Shown here: one piece after another, positions 1 through 12,300 of the stretch
Layout: the number at the start of each line of letters is the position of its first letter
Numbering within the stretch: the stretch's first letter is position 1
Assembly: GCA_965603825.1 (NCBI GenBank)
Contig: CBFDEM010000044.1
Coordinates: forward strand, 310,001-374,000
Source: Blepharisma stoltei ATCC 30299
Lineage: Eukaryota > Protista > Ciliophora
Direction: 5' to 3'
DNA length: 64,000 bases
The notes under the pieces: generated by a model
The model's input: only the letters and a program-made list of their open reading frames with translations
Database searches by the model: none
Told to the model about the DNA's origin: nothing
Made by a program: the position numbers and the translations under genes

Positions 1-879
1 GCAGCTGCCTGCTTGAACTCAGGAGTTGTGACACAAGTTGTGTTAGTAGAGACACTGAATAACCAGAAAAGGTTTGAGCAAATAGTGCAAAAAATAATGC
101 TCCAAATTGCTGCAAAGACAGGATCAGACTTGTGGGGAGTAACACCAGCCCAAAATGTGGCGAGAAGAAGCATGATTATTGGGATTGATGTCTTCCACGA
201 TACTATTAACAGGCAAAATAGTGTCCTTGGGTTTATAGCATCGCTTAATGACCAATTTACTAAATACTACAACACTGTAAAAATCCATCCTTCAGGGAAA
301 GAAATTGCAAACTCATTAGGCAGTTGTCTTGGGGATGCACTAACGGCTTACTATGAAAATACTAAGAGAAGCTATCTACCAGATCATATCATTATATACA
401 GAGACGGAGTGGGTGATACAATGTTCGATGCTGTGAGACTAAACGAAATCGAAGGGATGAAAGAAGCGATACGCAATTTTCAAGGCTATATTCCGAATCT
501 CACATATATAATTGTGAATAAAAGGATCAGTGCTAAGCTATTCACTCAAGTGCGTGGAGAAATCAAAAGTGCTCAGCCAGGAACACTTGTGAATAGCGTC
601 ATTGTACCTGACCAAAATTCATTTTACCTTGTAGCTCATTCTTCTGGGCAAGGAATGGCTGTGCCTGCATTGTATAGAGTGATTTACAATGATTCTCAAA
701 CAAGTGTAACAACTTTTGCAAGACTGGCATTTAAGCTTTGCTATATGTATTATAATTGGACTGGAGGGATCAAAGTTCCAGCTCCAACTATGATGGCACA
801 TAAGCTAGCTTATATTGTTGGCCAAAGCATTCATCACGATTATTTGGAATCTCTCAAGACATCTTCATTTTTCTATTAG
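1..879 (+). CDS. Piwi/Argonaute (Piwi clade), C-terminal MID-PIWI part; 5' end lies outside the window
   Basis: Motifs IGIDVFH, YRDGVGD, IVNKRI, YYNWTGGIKVPAP..AHKLA, and C-terminal SFFY. Putative D-E-D-H slicer residues are present. Ends TAG 877-879. Confidence 0.95.
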   Translation, partial: AAACLNSGVVTQVVLVETLNNQKRFEQIVQKIMLQIAAKTGSDLWGVTPAQNVARRSMIIGIDVFHDTINRQNSVLGFIASLNDQFTKYYNTVKIHPSGKEIANSLGSCLGDALTAYYENTKRSYLPDHIIIYRDGVGDTMFDAVRLNEIEGMKEAIRNFQGYIPNLTYIIVNKRISAKLFTQVRGEIKSAQPGTLVNSVIVPDQNSFYLVAHSSGQGMAVPALYRVIYNDSQTSVTTFARLAFKLCYMYYNWTGGIKVPAPTMMAHKLAYIVGQSIHHDYLESLKTSSFFY

Positions 880-1152
880 GCTAAATAACTTTTATTTATA
901 AACTCTGGCTTTTCATTAAATAATAAAAATAAATACAAGTAAAGTTTTTAAACAAATATTATTCTTAGATAAAAATCTTAATAATAGCAGATATATAAAT
1001 CTACCTTATTTTCTTAAGCTAACTTGATGCTTCACAAGAAGAATTATTAATAAGAAAGATGCCCATTTAACTATGCTTAAAGCAGTTCCAAAATCTCTAT
1101 AGAAGACACGTAGCAAATTCAATAACTTTTAAAAATTTGCAATAAATTATAA

Positions 1153-2106
1153 ATGGAAGAAGAGGAAAAGAAAAATAAACCTTCAGACTCTGATTTTAAA
1201 CAGCAGCGAATAAAAGCATGAAAATTAACTCCATCAAACACTTCATTGGGAATTATTTATATTGCTATGGGAGTATTCTTTGTAACCTTTGGAGCAGTTT
1301 ATTTGTATGAATCTAGCGAAGTAATAGAAGTTGCCAAACGCTATGATAATCTCGATGAATGCAAAGCTGACTGAAAAAACCCAAAAACTTGCATTATAGA
1401 AATGGATATTTCAGAGCACATGGAATCTCCTATCTTTATCTATTACGAAATCAATAACATGTATCAAAATCACCGAAAATACAATAAATGCCGCGATATA
1501 AATCAGCTTATGGGAGAAGACCAATCGAAAAGCGAGATTTCTTCATATTGTGAGCCGGTTGTAACAATGAAAGATCTAGGGCTTATCACAAATTTGTCTG
1601 AAGAAGTTGAAATTGCAAACCCATGTGGGCTAGTAGCAAAGTCATATTTTAACGATACTTTTTTGCTGATGCCACCTGCAGACAGTCCTAAAGATATTAT
1701 TGAGGTAAAACATGATGATATTTCATGGTGGGTGGACAGACATGAAAAATTCAAGAGAAATGAGCACTGGGAAACTGTTCAGTGGACTGATGTAGAAAAT
1801 GGTAATTAACATGTAGAACATTTTATCAATTGAATGAGCACGGCTGGATTGCCAACTTTTAGGAAACTCTGGGGGAGAATTGAACATGATTTAGATAGTG
1901 GGAAATACCGAATGCAGATTACTAATAATTATGATATCAGTTCTTTTAGCGGAGAAAAAGGTATCATAATTACTACTCATTCAATTTTTGGAGGGAAGTT
2001 GAACTTTTTAGGGATAGTTTACATTGTGGTGGGAGGACTCTCTTTTGTTGGAGCAATAGTTATATTTGTGACTAATCATTATATAGCAAAACTACAAAGT
2101 AGATAA
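1153..2106 (+). CDS. CDC50/LEM3 family flippase beta-subunit (2 exons)
   Basis: ATG 1153. FKQQRIKAW(TGA 1219), YQNHRKY, NPCGLVAKSYFNDTF. After the 15-nt intron 1802-1816 it reads ENEHFINW(TGA 1831)MSTAGLPTFRKLWG. Two TM segments. Confidence 0.93.
1802..1816 (+). other. 15-nt spliceosomal intron
   Basis: GTAATTAACATGTAG; removal restores CDC50 ENEHF. Confidence 0.93.
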
Positions 2107-2812
2107 TGAGTAACAATATCAGTAAAATTTATCAAAATAATTAATCTAAGCATGACTCCTTGATTTAAATCGAGAGACCAAAGGAAAATACTATGCTCAA
2201 TCCTACAGACTTAATTTGAAAATATGAGTTATGAAAGCTGATGTAGAGCTTTATATATAGAAATATTAATATTAAACTAATAGAATGAAAGAGTAAATTT
2301 ATATTCCATAATCTTGTCTAACAAATTTTAAATCTATAAGCTTAGTCAAATAAAGTCGATAAGCTTTTCACTTTAAAGAGATAAAATATCTATAATTGTT
2401 ATGTTCATCCCTAATTTAAATAGCACAGTGTTTCTTCGATATAATATGAAAATTATGAACTATTAAAATTATTAAACATTCATATAAACAATAAACAACA
2501 TATAAAAATTACAAAATTGTTTATATTAGGTCATCGCCATTTAAAGATGTTAAATCTATCTTGTTGCCAAAATTTAGAACTTCAACCATTTACTAATATT
2601 TTATTTAGTATATTTTAAGACCTGCATAGCATATTTCTATATCTAGCTATTATCAATATAGATAAAAATCATTTTAATATCATAAAGATTATCGTCTCAT
2701 ACACCTCAAAAAACAAAAAAATCTATTTCTTTTTATTATACCAACAGATTTTAAGAATTCAGGGTCTAGCAATCTAAGATTTCAAGATTCTTGTATATGG
2801 TGAATAATTTAA

Positions 2813-3472
2813 ATGTGGAAATATTTGCTAGTCCTTGGTCTCTCTTTTGCAGCAGACCCCATCGCTCCTCACTGACCAAACACTTTTACCCAAACTTTTA
2901 ACGAGACTTTTTGGAGCCCAAGCTATGGTAAGCAAGTCACAAATGGCACTTATTACTATGATTGAACAACACAAAACACCAGAGTAGATCGAGCTAATGG
3001 AAGATTTGACCCAATGTGCGGTTTAAATGGCTTCAAAATTCTTGTAAATTCTCCATGCACACTTTATACAGTTGGAGGGAACAGATATATTTATTATCCA
3101 GATGATCCTTATTGTTGCTGGTGCTGCAGTGATCAAACGCATTGTGGATCATTATATCCTACTTGGATGGACAATGGTACTTTTCTAGGGACAACAACTA
3201 AAAATGGTGTGCCAGCTTATTGGTGGAATAAAGAAGGAAGCCAGCCAAATTATTATTATGAAACTGCGGCTACTGATCCGAGCAAAAGAGTCATGCTAGG
3301 GATTTTTGAAGTTCCAAGTGATGAAAAAAATTTCAATAGTAATATAGTTTATAGTGTTCCTAATGGCATTTTTAACCTTCCAAGTATTTGCGTTCCAAGT
3401 AACGTTTGCCCTGAAGCCTCAATTTGTACTCAGTTAAGGGAAGCTGGCAATAAAACAACCTCTGACCATTAG
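2813..3472 (+). CDS. Secreted Cys-rich protein, possibly ependymin-related (EPDR/LolA-like fold)
   Basis: Signal peptide MWKYLLVLGLSFA. TGA at 2873 and 2963 read through into the 3014 ORF. G..YYDW...RVD, CCWCC and P..FNLPSIC are ependymin-like patterns; the family call is inference. Confidence 0.7.
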
Positions 3473-3545
3473 TTTAATCATTTTATTGATTATCATTATT
3501 TCTTAATAACCCTTTTAAATCAATTTGCTGAAATCAGTCCAAACT

Positions 3546-4082
3546 CTAATTGTTGACTTCCGATGTTAAATTTCTCCTTATCTCATCAATTTCTTCTCTA
3601 AGTTTCTTATTTTCCTCTTCAAGACTCCTGTTTTTCAGCTCCAGCAATCTGTTTTCATTAATTTGCATTGACAATTTTTCCTTCACCAGCGAAATTTTCA
3701 AGTTTGACTCTTCCAACTTATCCATGGCTTCATAAAAATCTTTATCTACCGAATTGATTTCATTGACATGATTGATGTCTTCTATCTCATTTTCTTTAAT
3801 TGCTAAGCTATAAGACCTTCTTTCTATCTCAACACAAGCTAAAAGTTCATTTATTTGGCTTAATAAGCCTGAAAAAAATTGGTCTTTTGAGAGATGGTGT
3901 TTGTCTACATAGGATTGTGCGCAATATTTTATTTCTAGGACTTTATCATATAAGGTTTGAACTCCAAACCAGGTGAAACCAAGCTGATTTTCTGTTGTGC
4001 ATTTTAGGGTATTAAGCTCTTTAGTAATTTTTGTGATTTCTTCAGCAATTTGATCATGCTGCAGCTGAGATTCTGAACTCAT
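3546..4082 (-). CDS. Hypothetical coiled-coil protein
   Basis: ATG 4082 (MSSESQLQ), open to TAG. E/K/L-rich heptads. Confidence 0.7.
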   Translation of the reverse strand: MSSESQLQHDQIAEEITKITKELNTLKCTTENQLGFTWFGVQTLYDKVLEIKYCAQSYVDKHHLSKDQFFSGLLSQINELLACVEIERRSYSLAIKENEIEDINHVNEINSVDKDFYEAMDKLEESNLKISLVKEKLSMQINENRLLELKNRSLEEENKKLREEIDEIRRNLTSEVNN

Positions 4083-4122
4083 ATTTCTCAAATTAAATGA
4101 TTTGATAAGTAGATTTAAAGAA

Positions 4123-5154
4123 ATGTCTAAAATCACAGCGACTGCTCCAACCAAAGTTATCCTCACAGGTGAGCATGCTGTTGTTTATGGCAAACAAGCT
4201 ATTGGAGCAGCTTTAAACCTTCCTACAACAGTATCCTTAACCATTCACAGCAATTCTAGCAATCCAGGAATTTGTCTTGAAATGAAAGAACAATTTTTTT
4301 ATATTGTAATTTCTATATAGTCATGGGAAGAAGCAGCAGAACGCAGAGGAGAAATCTCAACCAAAGGCATTTTATCTCTTTTAACCTTAAAAGTTTACCC
4401 AGAAAACCCAACCGATTTATTCGAATACAAAATTGACATCTCTTTACCATTAGGCTGCGGGCTAGGAACCAGTGCTTCATTATGTGTCGCTGTGTCTGGA
4501 GTTTTACTTGTAAATAACAATTAGAAAAGCAAAAATCCAGATGCAACTCCTGAACAAATAAATAACTTGGCTTTTGAAGGGGAAAATTGTATTCATGGGA
4601 AAGCGTCAGGAATTGATAATACAATTGTGACTTATGGAGGAATATTAAGCTTCAAAGACGGGCAGATCACACCAGTAGAATTTGATGATTCTAAAGCTAA
4701 AATTCTATTAGTCTCATCAGGAGTACCTAAAAATACTGGGAAAATGGTCAAAGGGGTCGCTAATCAGCTTGCTATGTACCCTGGAGTAATATTAAATTAG
4801 TTAACTGAAGGGATTTTCCATAGTATTGACTGCTTATCAAAAAATTTGGTAACAGCTCTTGAAGCGCAACAATATGACCATGTAAAAGAACTATTGAAAA
4901 TTAATCATGGACTGTTGTGGAGCTTAGGAGTTAGTTCAGAATTATTAAATGATATTGTAAAGTAAAAAAAATTTAGCACAGGGCTCAAATATGGAATTAA
5001 AGGAAAGCTGACAGGAGCTGGCGGAGGAGGATTTTGCTTATTCTTTGTTACTGATGAAGATACTGCAGGGTTCTTGCAGGAATGTGCAAGTCATGGTTGG
5101 AACGTTATTGAAGCATCTTTAACCCATTATGGTATTAAGTTTGAGCTTAGTTAA
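4123..5154 (+). CDS. MVK: Mevalonate kinase (5 exons)
   Basis: APTKVILTGEHAVVYG, PLGCGLGTSA, IHGKASGIDN and KLTGAGGGG are joined in frame by four 15-nt introns (4306-4320, 4510-4524, 4786-4800, 4962-4976). Confidence 0.93.
4306..4320 (+). other. 15-nt intron
   Basis: GTAATTTCTATATAG in MVK. Confidence 0.9.
4510..4524 (+). other. 15-nt intron
   Basis: GTAAATAACAATTAG in MVK. Confidence 0.9.
4786..4800 (+). other. 15-nt intron
   Basis: GTAATATTAAATTAG in MVK. Confidence 0.9.
4962..4976 (+). other. 15-nt intron
   Basis: GTAAAAAAAATTTAG in MVK. Confidence 0.9.
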
Positions 5155-5398
5155 ACTAATATTTCTTTTAGAAGTAATAAAAACTTTAAATACTATATTA
5201 ATTGCTTGCAGAAAATTATTTATAAAGAATATATGTTATAAAATGAATTTTACTTAGCCTGATGCTAATTATGGAAAATAATTCTGCTTAGAATTTCAAT
5301 TATTTAATTTAAGTAAAATAATATTTTGAATGTAAACATAGCTTATTGAATTTCTGCATAGTCTTTGGCTTCTTTTTTGAAATATATATTTTAAATAA

Positions 5399-8080
5399 AT
5401 GGATTCTGTTAATACTAAATTCTCGAGTTCTGACGAAGAATCGATAGCTCAAGAAATCCATGCAGTTGAGGAAACACGCTTCAGTCGTCAAAAATCAAAA
5501 TCTTGTATATCAAGATCGACAGTAAAAAATCGCACTGCCATAATTGATGAAAGAGTGGGCAGTTATCTATCAATAGACGCTCCGAATGCATTAATAGAAG
5601 AGATTCCTATGTCGGGCCAAGAAAAGGACATTGTCTATTCAGCCATAAATAAAAACTTTTTATTCAGAAATTTACCTGAAGAAAGCTACAATTTATTTTT
5701 TTCACAAATGAAAAAATATACATTAGACGCTTTAGAAATAGTTTTTGAGCAAAGTCACCCTGGAAGAAATTTCTTTATTATAACATCAGGGAGAATAGAG
5801 GTTTTAAGCAACCAAAAACAAGTAAATATTTTAACAGTAGGAGATAGCTTTGGAGAATTGGCATTGCTTCATGATTCTTTACGCTCAGCTAGTGTAAAAA
5901 CCCTAGAAAGAGTTACCATGTGAAGTCTGGAACGAAATGTTTTCAGGAAAATTGTTAAAATCATAAATGATCAAAATTATGAAGAAAATTTACAATTTAT
6001 TGAGACTATCCCTATTTTCCAAACTTTAACAAAACTTCAAATTGAAGCTTTAGCCTACTCACTCTCATCAATGACTTTTAAAGCTGGTGAAAAAATTGTT
6101 AATGAAGGCGATTTAGGAGACTTATTCTATATAATAAAAGATGGAAGTGTTTATTGTTTAGAAGAAGGAAGGGAAATTAAGATTATGGCCAAAGGCGAAT
6201 TTTTTGGAGAGCAAGCATTAATTTATAATAATGAAAGAACTGCAAGCATCGTAGCTATAGACAATGTAAAATGCGTAGGGATTGGAAGAGAAAAACTGTC
6301 AAAAGTTCTTGGGAATCATTTAGAGCATATAATTTACCAAAATTCCATTATGATCGCACTAGAGCGTAGCAGCATTCTAAGACTGCTTAAAAAAGATCAA
6401 CTATTAAGAATTGCAGATGCTATTCACATTTCTAAATGCTTACCAGGAGAAATAATAATTCCAAAAAACACTAGGAAAGGGCTTTTCATTTTTATAGTCC
6501 TGAATGGCTCCTTAATAGATGAAAACGGATCTATTATTGCAAAAAAGTTTTGCATTATAGGGGACAAAGAAATTAGACTCTCAGAGCAAGAAAATATTAA
6601 TGAGGATATTATTTCTTCTAATGATTTGATAATAGGTACTATTTCTAAACAAGAGTTCGAAGATTGCATTGGTGGCCCGCTTGACCAAGTATTAATAATG
6701 AATGAAGCAACTTCATGCCTTAAACGTGTTAATATATTCAGATGTCTATCTGATGATAAACTCCAATTACTTGTAAGAGAGTTAAGTGTACAAGAATATT
6801 TTCACCAAGAAATAATAGTTGAGCAAAACAGCTCGGGAGACTCAATATTTATAATAAGATCAGGGACTGTTGATGTCTTTAAAGACGGAGTAAGAACAAG
6901 ATCAATCACACTTTATGATTATTTTGGGGAAAGAAGCGTTCTATTTGATGAAGTAAGGACGGCTACTGTAATCGCAAATGGACCAGTGTCATGCTGAGTT
7001 TTATCAAAAGAAAGCTTTCTTAACGTAATTGATGCGATGATAAGAGAGCAGTTGGTAAAGCGAATTGAGCTTCAAGATAATAACATTTCACTATCAGAAC
7101 TAGCAATAGTAAAATTGCTTGGCAGAGGAAGATTTGGGATTGTTCATCTTGTGGTTCATAAAGATAATAAGCGGCTATATATGCTAAAAAGCATCAACAG
7201 GAAAAAAATTGAAGAATATCATATACAAGAGAATTTGATATTAGAAAGAAATATTTTACTTCAAATGGACCACCCAAATGTTATAAAGCTAGTCAAAACC
7301 TTTAAAGATATTAAAAGGATTTACTTCTTAATGGAATATGTCAGAGGAATGGATTTCTTCGACGTGATCAGAAGAATGAATGAAGTAACAGAACAAAATT
7401 CTCAATTTTTTGTTGCTTCTTTATTGACAAATTTAGAATATATCCATGAAAGAAGCATTGTCTATCGAGATTTAAGACCAGAAAATATTATGATTGACGA
7501 AGATGGATATACGAAGTTAACAAACTTCGGCCTAGCGAAGATTTTAAACGGGAGGACTTATTCAATTGTAGGTGCTCCACACTATATTGCTCCAGAAGTG
7601 ATCGTGGGGAAAGGATATTCTTATGCTGTAGATATATGAAGTTTAGGGATTATTTTATATGAATTAATATGTGGAGGTGTTCCGTTTGGTGACAGCGAAG
7701 ACGACCCTTATTGCATATATGAAGCAGTTTTACAAAGGAACCTGACTTTTCCGAATTTCATAAGTAACCGCACAGCTGAAAAAGCTGTCATCGCTCAGTT
7801 GCTATCTGAAGATCCCCTTGCTAGAACTGGGGGAAGCATAGAAAAGCTAAAGCAGCATTCTTGGTTTAATAACTTTTCATGAGACGACCTAATGAATCGC
7901 AAACTTGAAGTGCCATTCAAACCCAAAGTCCTAGACCTTTCCCGAGAAATAAATAAATCCTTAATGAGAAATTCGGAAATCGATAACATCATAACTATTG
8001 AAGAAGAAAAAGCAAGACCAACCAAATTAAAATGCAGGAAAAAGAAAGATGCTCAAGTTAATTGGGACATCGAATTCTAA
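5399..8080 (+). CDS. cGMP-dependent protein kinase-like protein: four cNMP-binding domains plus an AGC kinase domain with degenerate catalytic motifs
   Basis: One frame through TGA at 5921, 6995, 7637 (VDIW) and 7880. CNB motifs FGELALL..RSAS, FGEQAL..RTAS and FGERSVL..RTAT. Kinase domain has YRDLRPEN and NFG. Confidence 0.92.
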
Positions 8081-8095
8081 TTATAAATAAATTCA

Positions 8096-11000
8096 TTAAA
8101 AGATTAAGCAGGCGCAGGACCCTCGCTTCGCAACTGGAACCTGGTTACTAGCTTTTTTCTCTCTTTCTTCGAGTTCTCTTAGCCTGATTGCATATTCTTG
8201 TTCTCTTTTAATATTTTCTGCTTTAAGCTTTTGGATTTGGAGCTCTTTTTGCTCAAGGGCAGTTTTAAGTGCTTCAGGATTTTCACTAGGAACTATAGTT
8301 TTGCTATTATTATAAATTTCAGAGTATCCTGGATGATCATTTTCTAGTATTTCTGGCTCTTCTTCAAACTCTTTGATTCTTGCTGATTTCACAGGGTTTG
8401 ATGCCTGCCCATATTTTTCTCTCAATTTGTTGAGCTCTCTTTGTTTGGTTTCTTCAGTAATATCCCCATACACACTAATAGCAAGTGCATGGTGTAAAAA
8501 ATCGTCAGCTACCTCAGGAGTGATTTCTATATTATGGTCTCTTATATAGTTAAACTTCGGGTTTACAGTTGTCTGCATGCATTTTTGAGTCATATATTCT
8601 TCTTCAGAAACAACAGCAAACTTGTATTTACAATAGCAATTCGTGCTGAAATTCTCAGGAATATCTGTAGCTTCTCCAATAGCTACCTTTAAATTCAGGT
8701 TCTTGCCTAAAATTTCTTTTAAATTGTCAAATTCTTCCATTACAATTCCATCAATCTTTGGAGTAATAGCGACTTTTAGCATTCCTTTTTTACTCCCTCT
8801 GTCGTCAATGATGGGTACCTTATCCTCATCGACTGTTATTAGATAATAAATACTATCGAGGTAAATATAAGAATTTCCTATAAGCTTATAGGTATCCCCT
8901 AAAGAGTCTACTTTGTCAAAGAATGGGTCATAGCCAATATCCACATCATTTATATCCCCTCCGTATTCTAGCTGATTCGAAATTTCTTGCATGTCAATCA
9001 GCCTTGCTTCAAGCTTGTCTAGTGGCCAATGAATTTGGAAATCATCAGAGATGTCAGGAATAAGGACTTTTACACGAACTTGTGTTTGCTGCATGCCAGT
9101 CCCTGGCCTACCACTATTTAAAGAGTTATCTCTATATAGTTCAGGCTGAAAAATTGTGCTTTTACCTAGCAAAACAGCACGCTCATTGGCTTCATTGATT
9201 TGGGTAATAGCTTGTGTTAGCACTTTTTTCAGCCTTTCCATTGCCAATCTATTTTCCTCATGCTGTTTTAGCATGATTTCCTTTTTCCTCATTTCCTCTT
9301 CCATTGCTCTTTGTTTTGCTTTTAATTCCTGCTCTTTTTCAAACAAAGCTTTCTGTGTAGCAGCATCTTCATTTTTCTTCCCTTTCAGCATTTTTTCAAG
9401 CTGAGCTTTTTCATCTTCCATTTTTTTTCTTGCTTCTTCCCACTCAGCTTCTAATTTTCTCCTCATTTCTTCTTCTTTTGCCTTCATTTCTTCATTATTT
9501 GCACCAATCAGCCCATTAACTTGATCTTGGCTGGCTTCATTTACAGCTTTTTCTCAGTCAAAAGGAGCTCCTCCAAGTTCATCAGGATCTATGAATAGAA
9601 AATAATTGTGGTTCCCAAAGCGAATTCTGTCATGATGCTGCAAGGTGATTTCTTGTGTAAGGACTTTTCCGTTTACAAGAGTCTTTAGTGAAGGATCTGT
9701 GGATGGTTTTAGCTTTATTTCATCATTATATGTGACTGTACAATGGTTAATGCCGATTCCTAGCCCTTCAATTGTTATATTAGGAGGACTTTGTGGATTT
9801 TTTTTGCCTATCACATTTGTCCCTTTTTTAAAAGCGTGCTTAATATAGCCAGAAAGTAAAGGATCTTCATTTAAATTTGAGAGATGTGGGGTTGTTATTT
9901 TTTCTTCTATAAATGCGGCTCTATGCACTACTTCCTGAGTTCGCTGTTCACGCGTTTTTTCAGCATCTTCTTTAGCTTTTCGTAGTTCTTCTATTTGCCG
10001 CTCATATTCTTCTCTCATTTGGTCACTCATTCCTCCTCCAGCACCTCCACCTCCACCTCCTCCTCTGCCTTCCACTAGCGCTTTTAGCCTTTCGTTTTCC
10101 TCTTTAAGCTCTCTTATAAGTTTTTCTTGTGGAGTTTCATTAACTACAGCTTGGTTTTTGATCGATTTGACAGCGTCTGCATATCTGAGAGTGCTGATGG
10201 TTTCATCATAGTTAAATGTAGCAGGGGAAATAGCAGCAATCATAGTAGTCATACTATTTCCTCCCAAGGCATTTTGCAAAATTCTGGTTAGTTTACTTTC
10301 TCTATATGGGATAACTTCACCTTTTGCAAGCTGTCCTGATGATCGTTTGGCGAGAGCTGTTATTACTTTTCCTAAAGAAGACAAAGACTTGTTGATATTG
10401 CTGCCTTCTTGGAGCCTGTCCCCAGTTGCGCCAGTTTTTGCAGCTCTTTCAGAGCCTGCAAGATCGACTAAGTTTATATTGCTTTGCTTTCTATTAAGTG
10501 GCTTTCCCGTTGCTTCATCATAAAAAATCTGGGTAAAAGAGATTGTCAAAACTGTATGTGCTCGCGAACTAGTAGCATTCATTTGAGTAGCTGCTACCGT
10601 TCTGCTTTTATTCCCTCTATCAAGAACAGCCGAAATTTCTTCATAAGATGAACAAGGCTGCTCAATCAGTCCTTCTACAAAGACACCTTTTTTAGGATCT
10701 TCTCTGATTTTCAAGCCTCCTTTTACTCTGTTTTGTGGAGGCTGAAGTAAATCTTGTACCTGCTCATTATAAATTTCTAACATGCTTGCAGAAACTTTGC
10801 ATTCTATAAAAGGAGAAGCCCTCTGAGAGATCCTAATGAAGACTTCTTCACAGGCAATTGGGATAATCCCTTTATTGCTTCCATACCCGACCATGGAATA
10901 GGATTTCCCAGACCCTGTTTGTCCATAGGCAAATAAGCAGCAATGATACCCTTGCCATGCGTTATCTAATACACCAACACCAATATCATTGAAAACTGTT

Positions 11001-11245
11001 TGTTGGTCTGCATATTGAGAGGAAGGAGAAGCCTTTGTCAAGATACCAGTTGTAGGATCTTCGTTAAAGCCATCATGGGACCAATATGAATAGTCATAGT
11101 GAAATTCTTTTATTGTCCCATTTTCTTTATTTCTTACTTTTGTCGTATTTCCTCGCATCTCAACGCAGAGTTCTGCACCTTCTTCTTTTTCACGGCTGTT
11201 AAATGGACGCACACGAACTGCGACTTTAACCGAACAGTCTCCCAT
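8096..11245 (-). CDS. Kinesin-3 family motor (motor, FHA, coiled coil, C2-like domain, C-terminal CaaX)
   Basis: GQTGSGKS, SSRAH, LVDLAGSE, then PHLSNLNEDP and an FHA domain. The two ORF-track pieces join through TGA 9554-9556. Ends CACLIF. Confidence 0.93.
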
Positions 11246-11514
11246 ATTTTAATTATTGCTTATTTCTATGCAATTATAGAGAATTGTGATAGGAGCTTTG
11301 CTTTATTATTTTAAAATTTATCGCAAACTACTTAAAAAAGCAATTTTATTGTGATATAAGAAGAAAAAATAAACTTGTAACTTATTGAAAAATATGAATT
11401 TTATATATGATTTAATAAATCAGATTATTGTGTAAAAATCTTCAAGAATTGATAATGGGATTTTGATTATCAGTTTAGATTTATCCAGTGTTTTATAAAA
11501 TCTACCATTTATAT

Positions 11515-12279
11515 ATGCTGATTAAACAATTTATTCCAAAGCTTGCAACATCAAATTTCTTTCGAAGGTTTAGTACAATTAATGCATCAAAAGATCATTA
11601 CAAAGCTCTTGGACTTTCAGAGAAATCAACAGAGTCAGAAATACGTCAAGCTTATTTAAATCTAGTTAAAAAGCATCATCCTGATTGCCCTACAGGTAGC
11701 ACAGAAAGATTCAAAGAAATTAATGAAGCCTATGAAATCCTCAGTGACAAAACTCTCCGTTCTCAATATGACACTTTGAAAAACTTTAAAAATCCGACTA
11801 ATTCTTCTTACACTTATCAAGATTATCAAAATAAAAATGATCGTGCATATAAATATTGAAAAGAGCAAGAGAAAAAAAATTTATATGAAGAGTGGGTAAA
11901 ATATAATGAAAATAGAGCAAAGGCTAGAGAGTATTATAAACAAAGAAACCAAGAAAGGCCAAGAGGTTCATGAAGAAGAAAAACTGAGGACTTTTGGGAA
12001 TCGGAATATGAAAGAGAAAAAAACTACAATGAGAATCTCAATGATAAAGAAGATGATCGGCCTCATATGCTACTGATTGATAGCCTGGCCGTGATCTATT
12101 TTTTTGCATTTTTTGGGCTGTTTTTCTATGCAATTTATATAGTTAGACAGAAGCGCAATGAGCGCGACAGAGAAGCTCGAGAATTATACATCAATGAAAT
12201 ACAAAAATATCGTCAAGAAATAGAGATACTCAAAGAATACGAGCGAACCAGATATTTCCCAGCCAAGCCTGGCTCTTAA
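11515..12279 (+). CDS. J-domain (DnaJ) protein, probably mitochondrial, with a C-terminal TM helix
   Basis: Basic presequence-like N-terminus, DHYKALG..HPD..FKEINEAY. TGA 11857 and 11971 read through to the hydrophobic 12067 ORF. Confidence 0.88.
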
Positions 12280-12300
12280 CTAAAAATTTATAATTTTTAA

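Noticed and set aside
10032-10066. CCT/CCA repeat tract
   Set aside because: It encodes the poly-Gly linker after the kinesin neck and is not an independent repeat.
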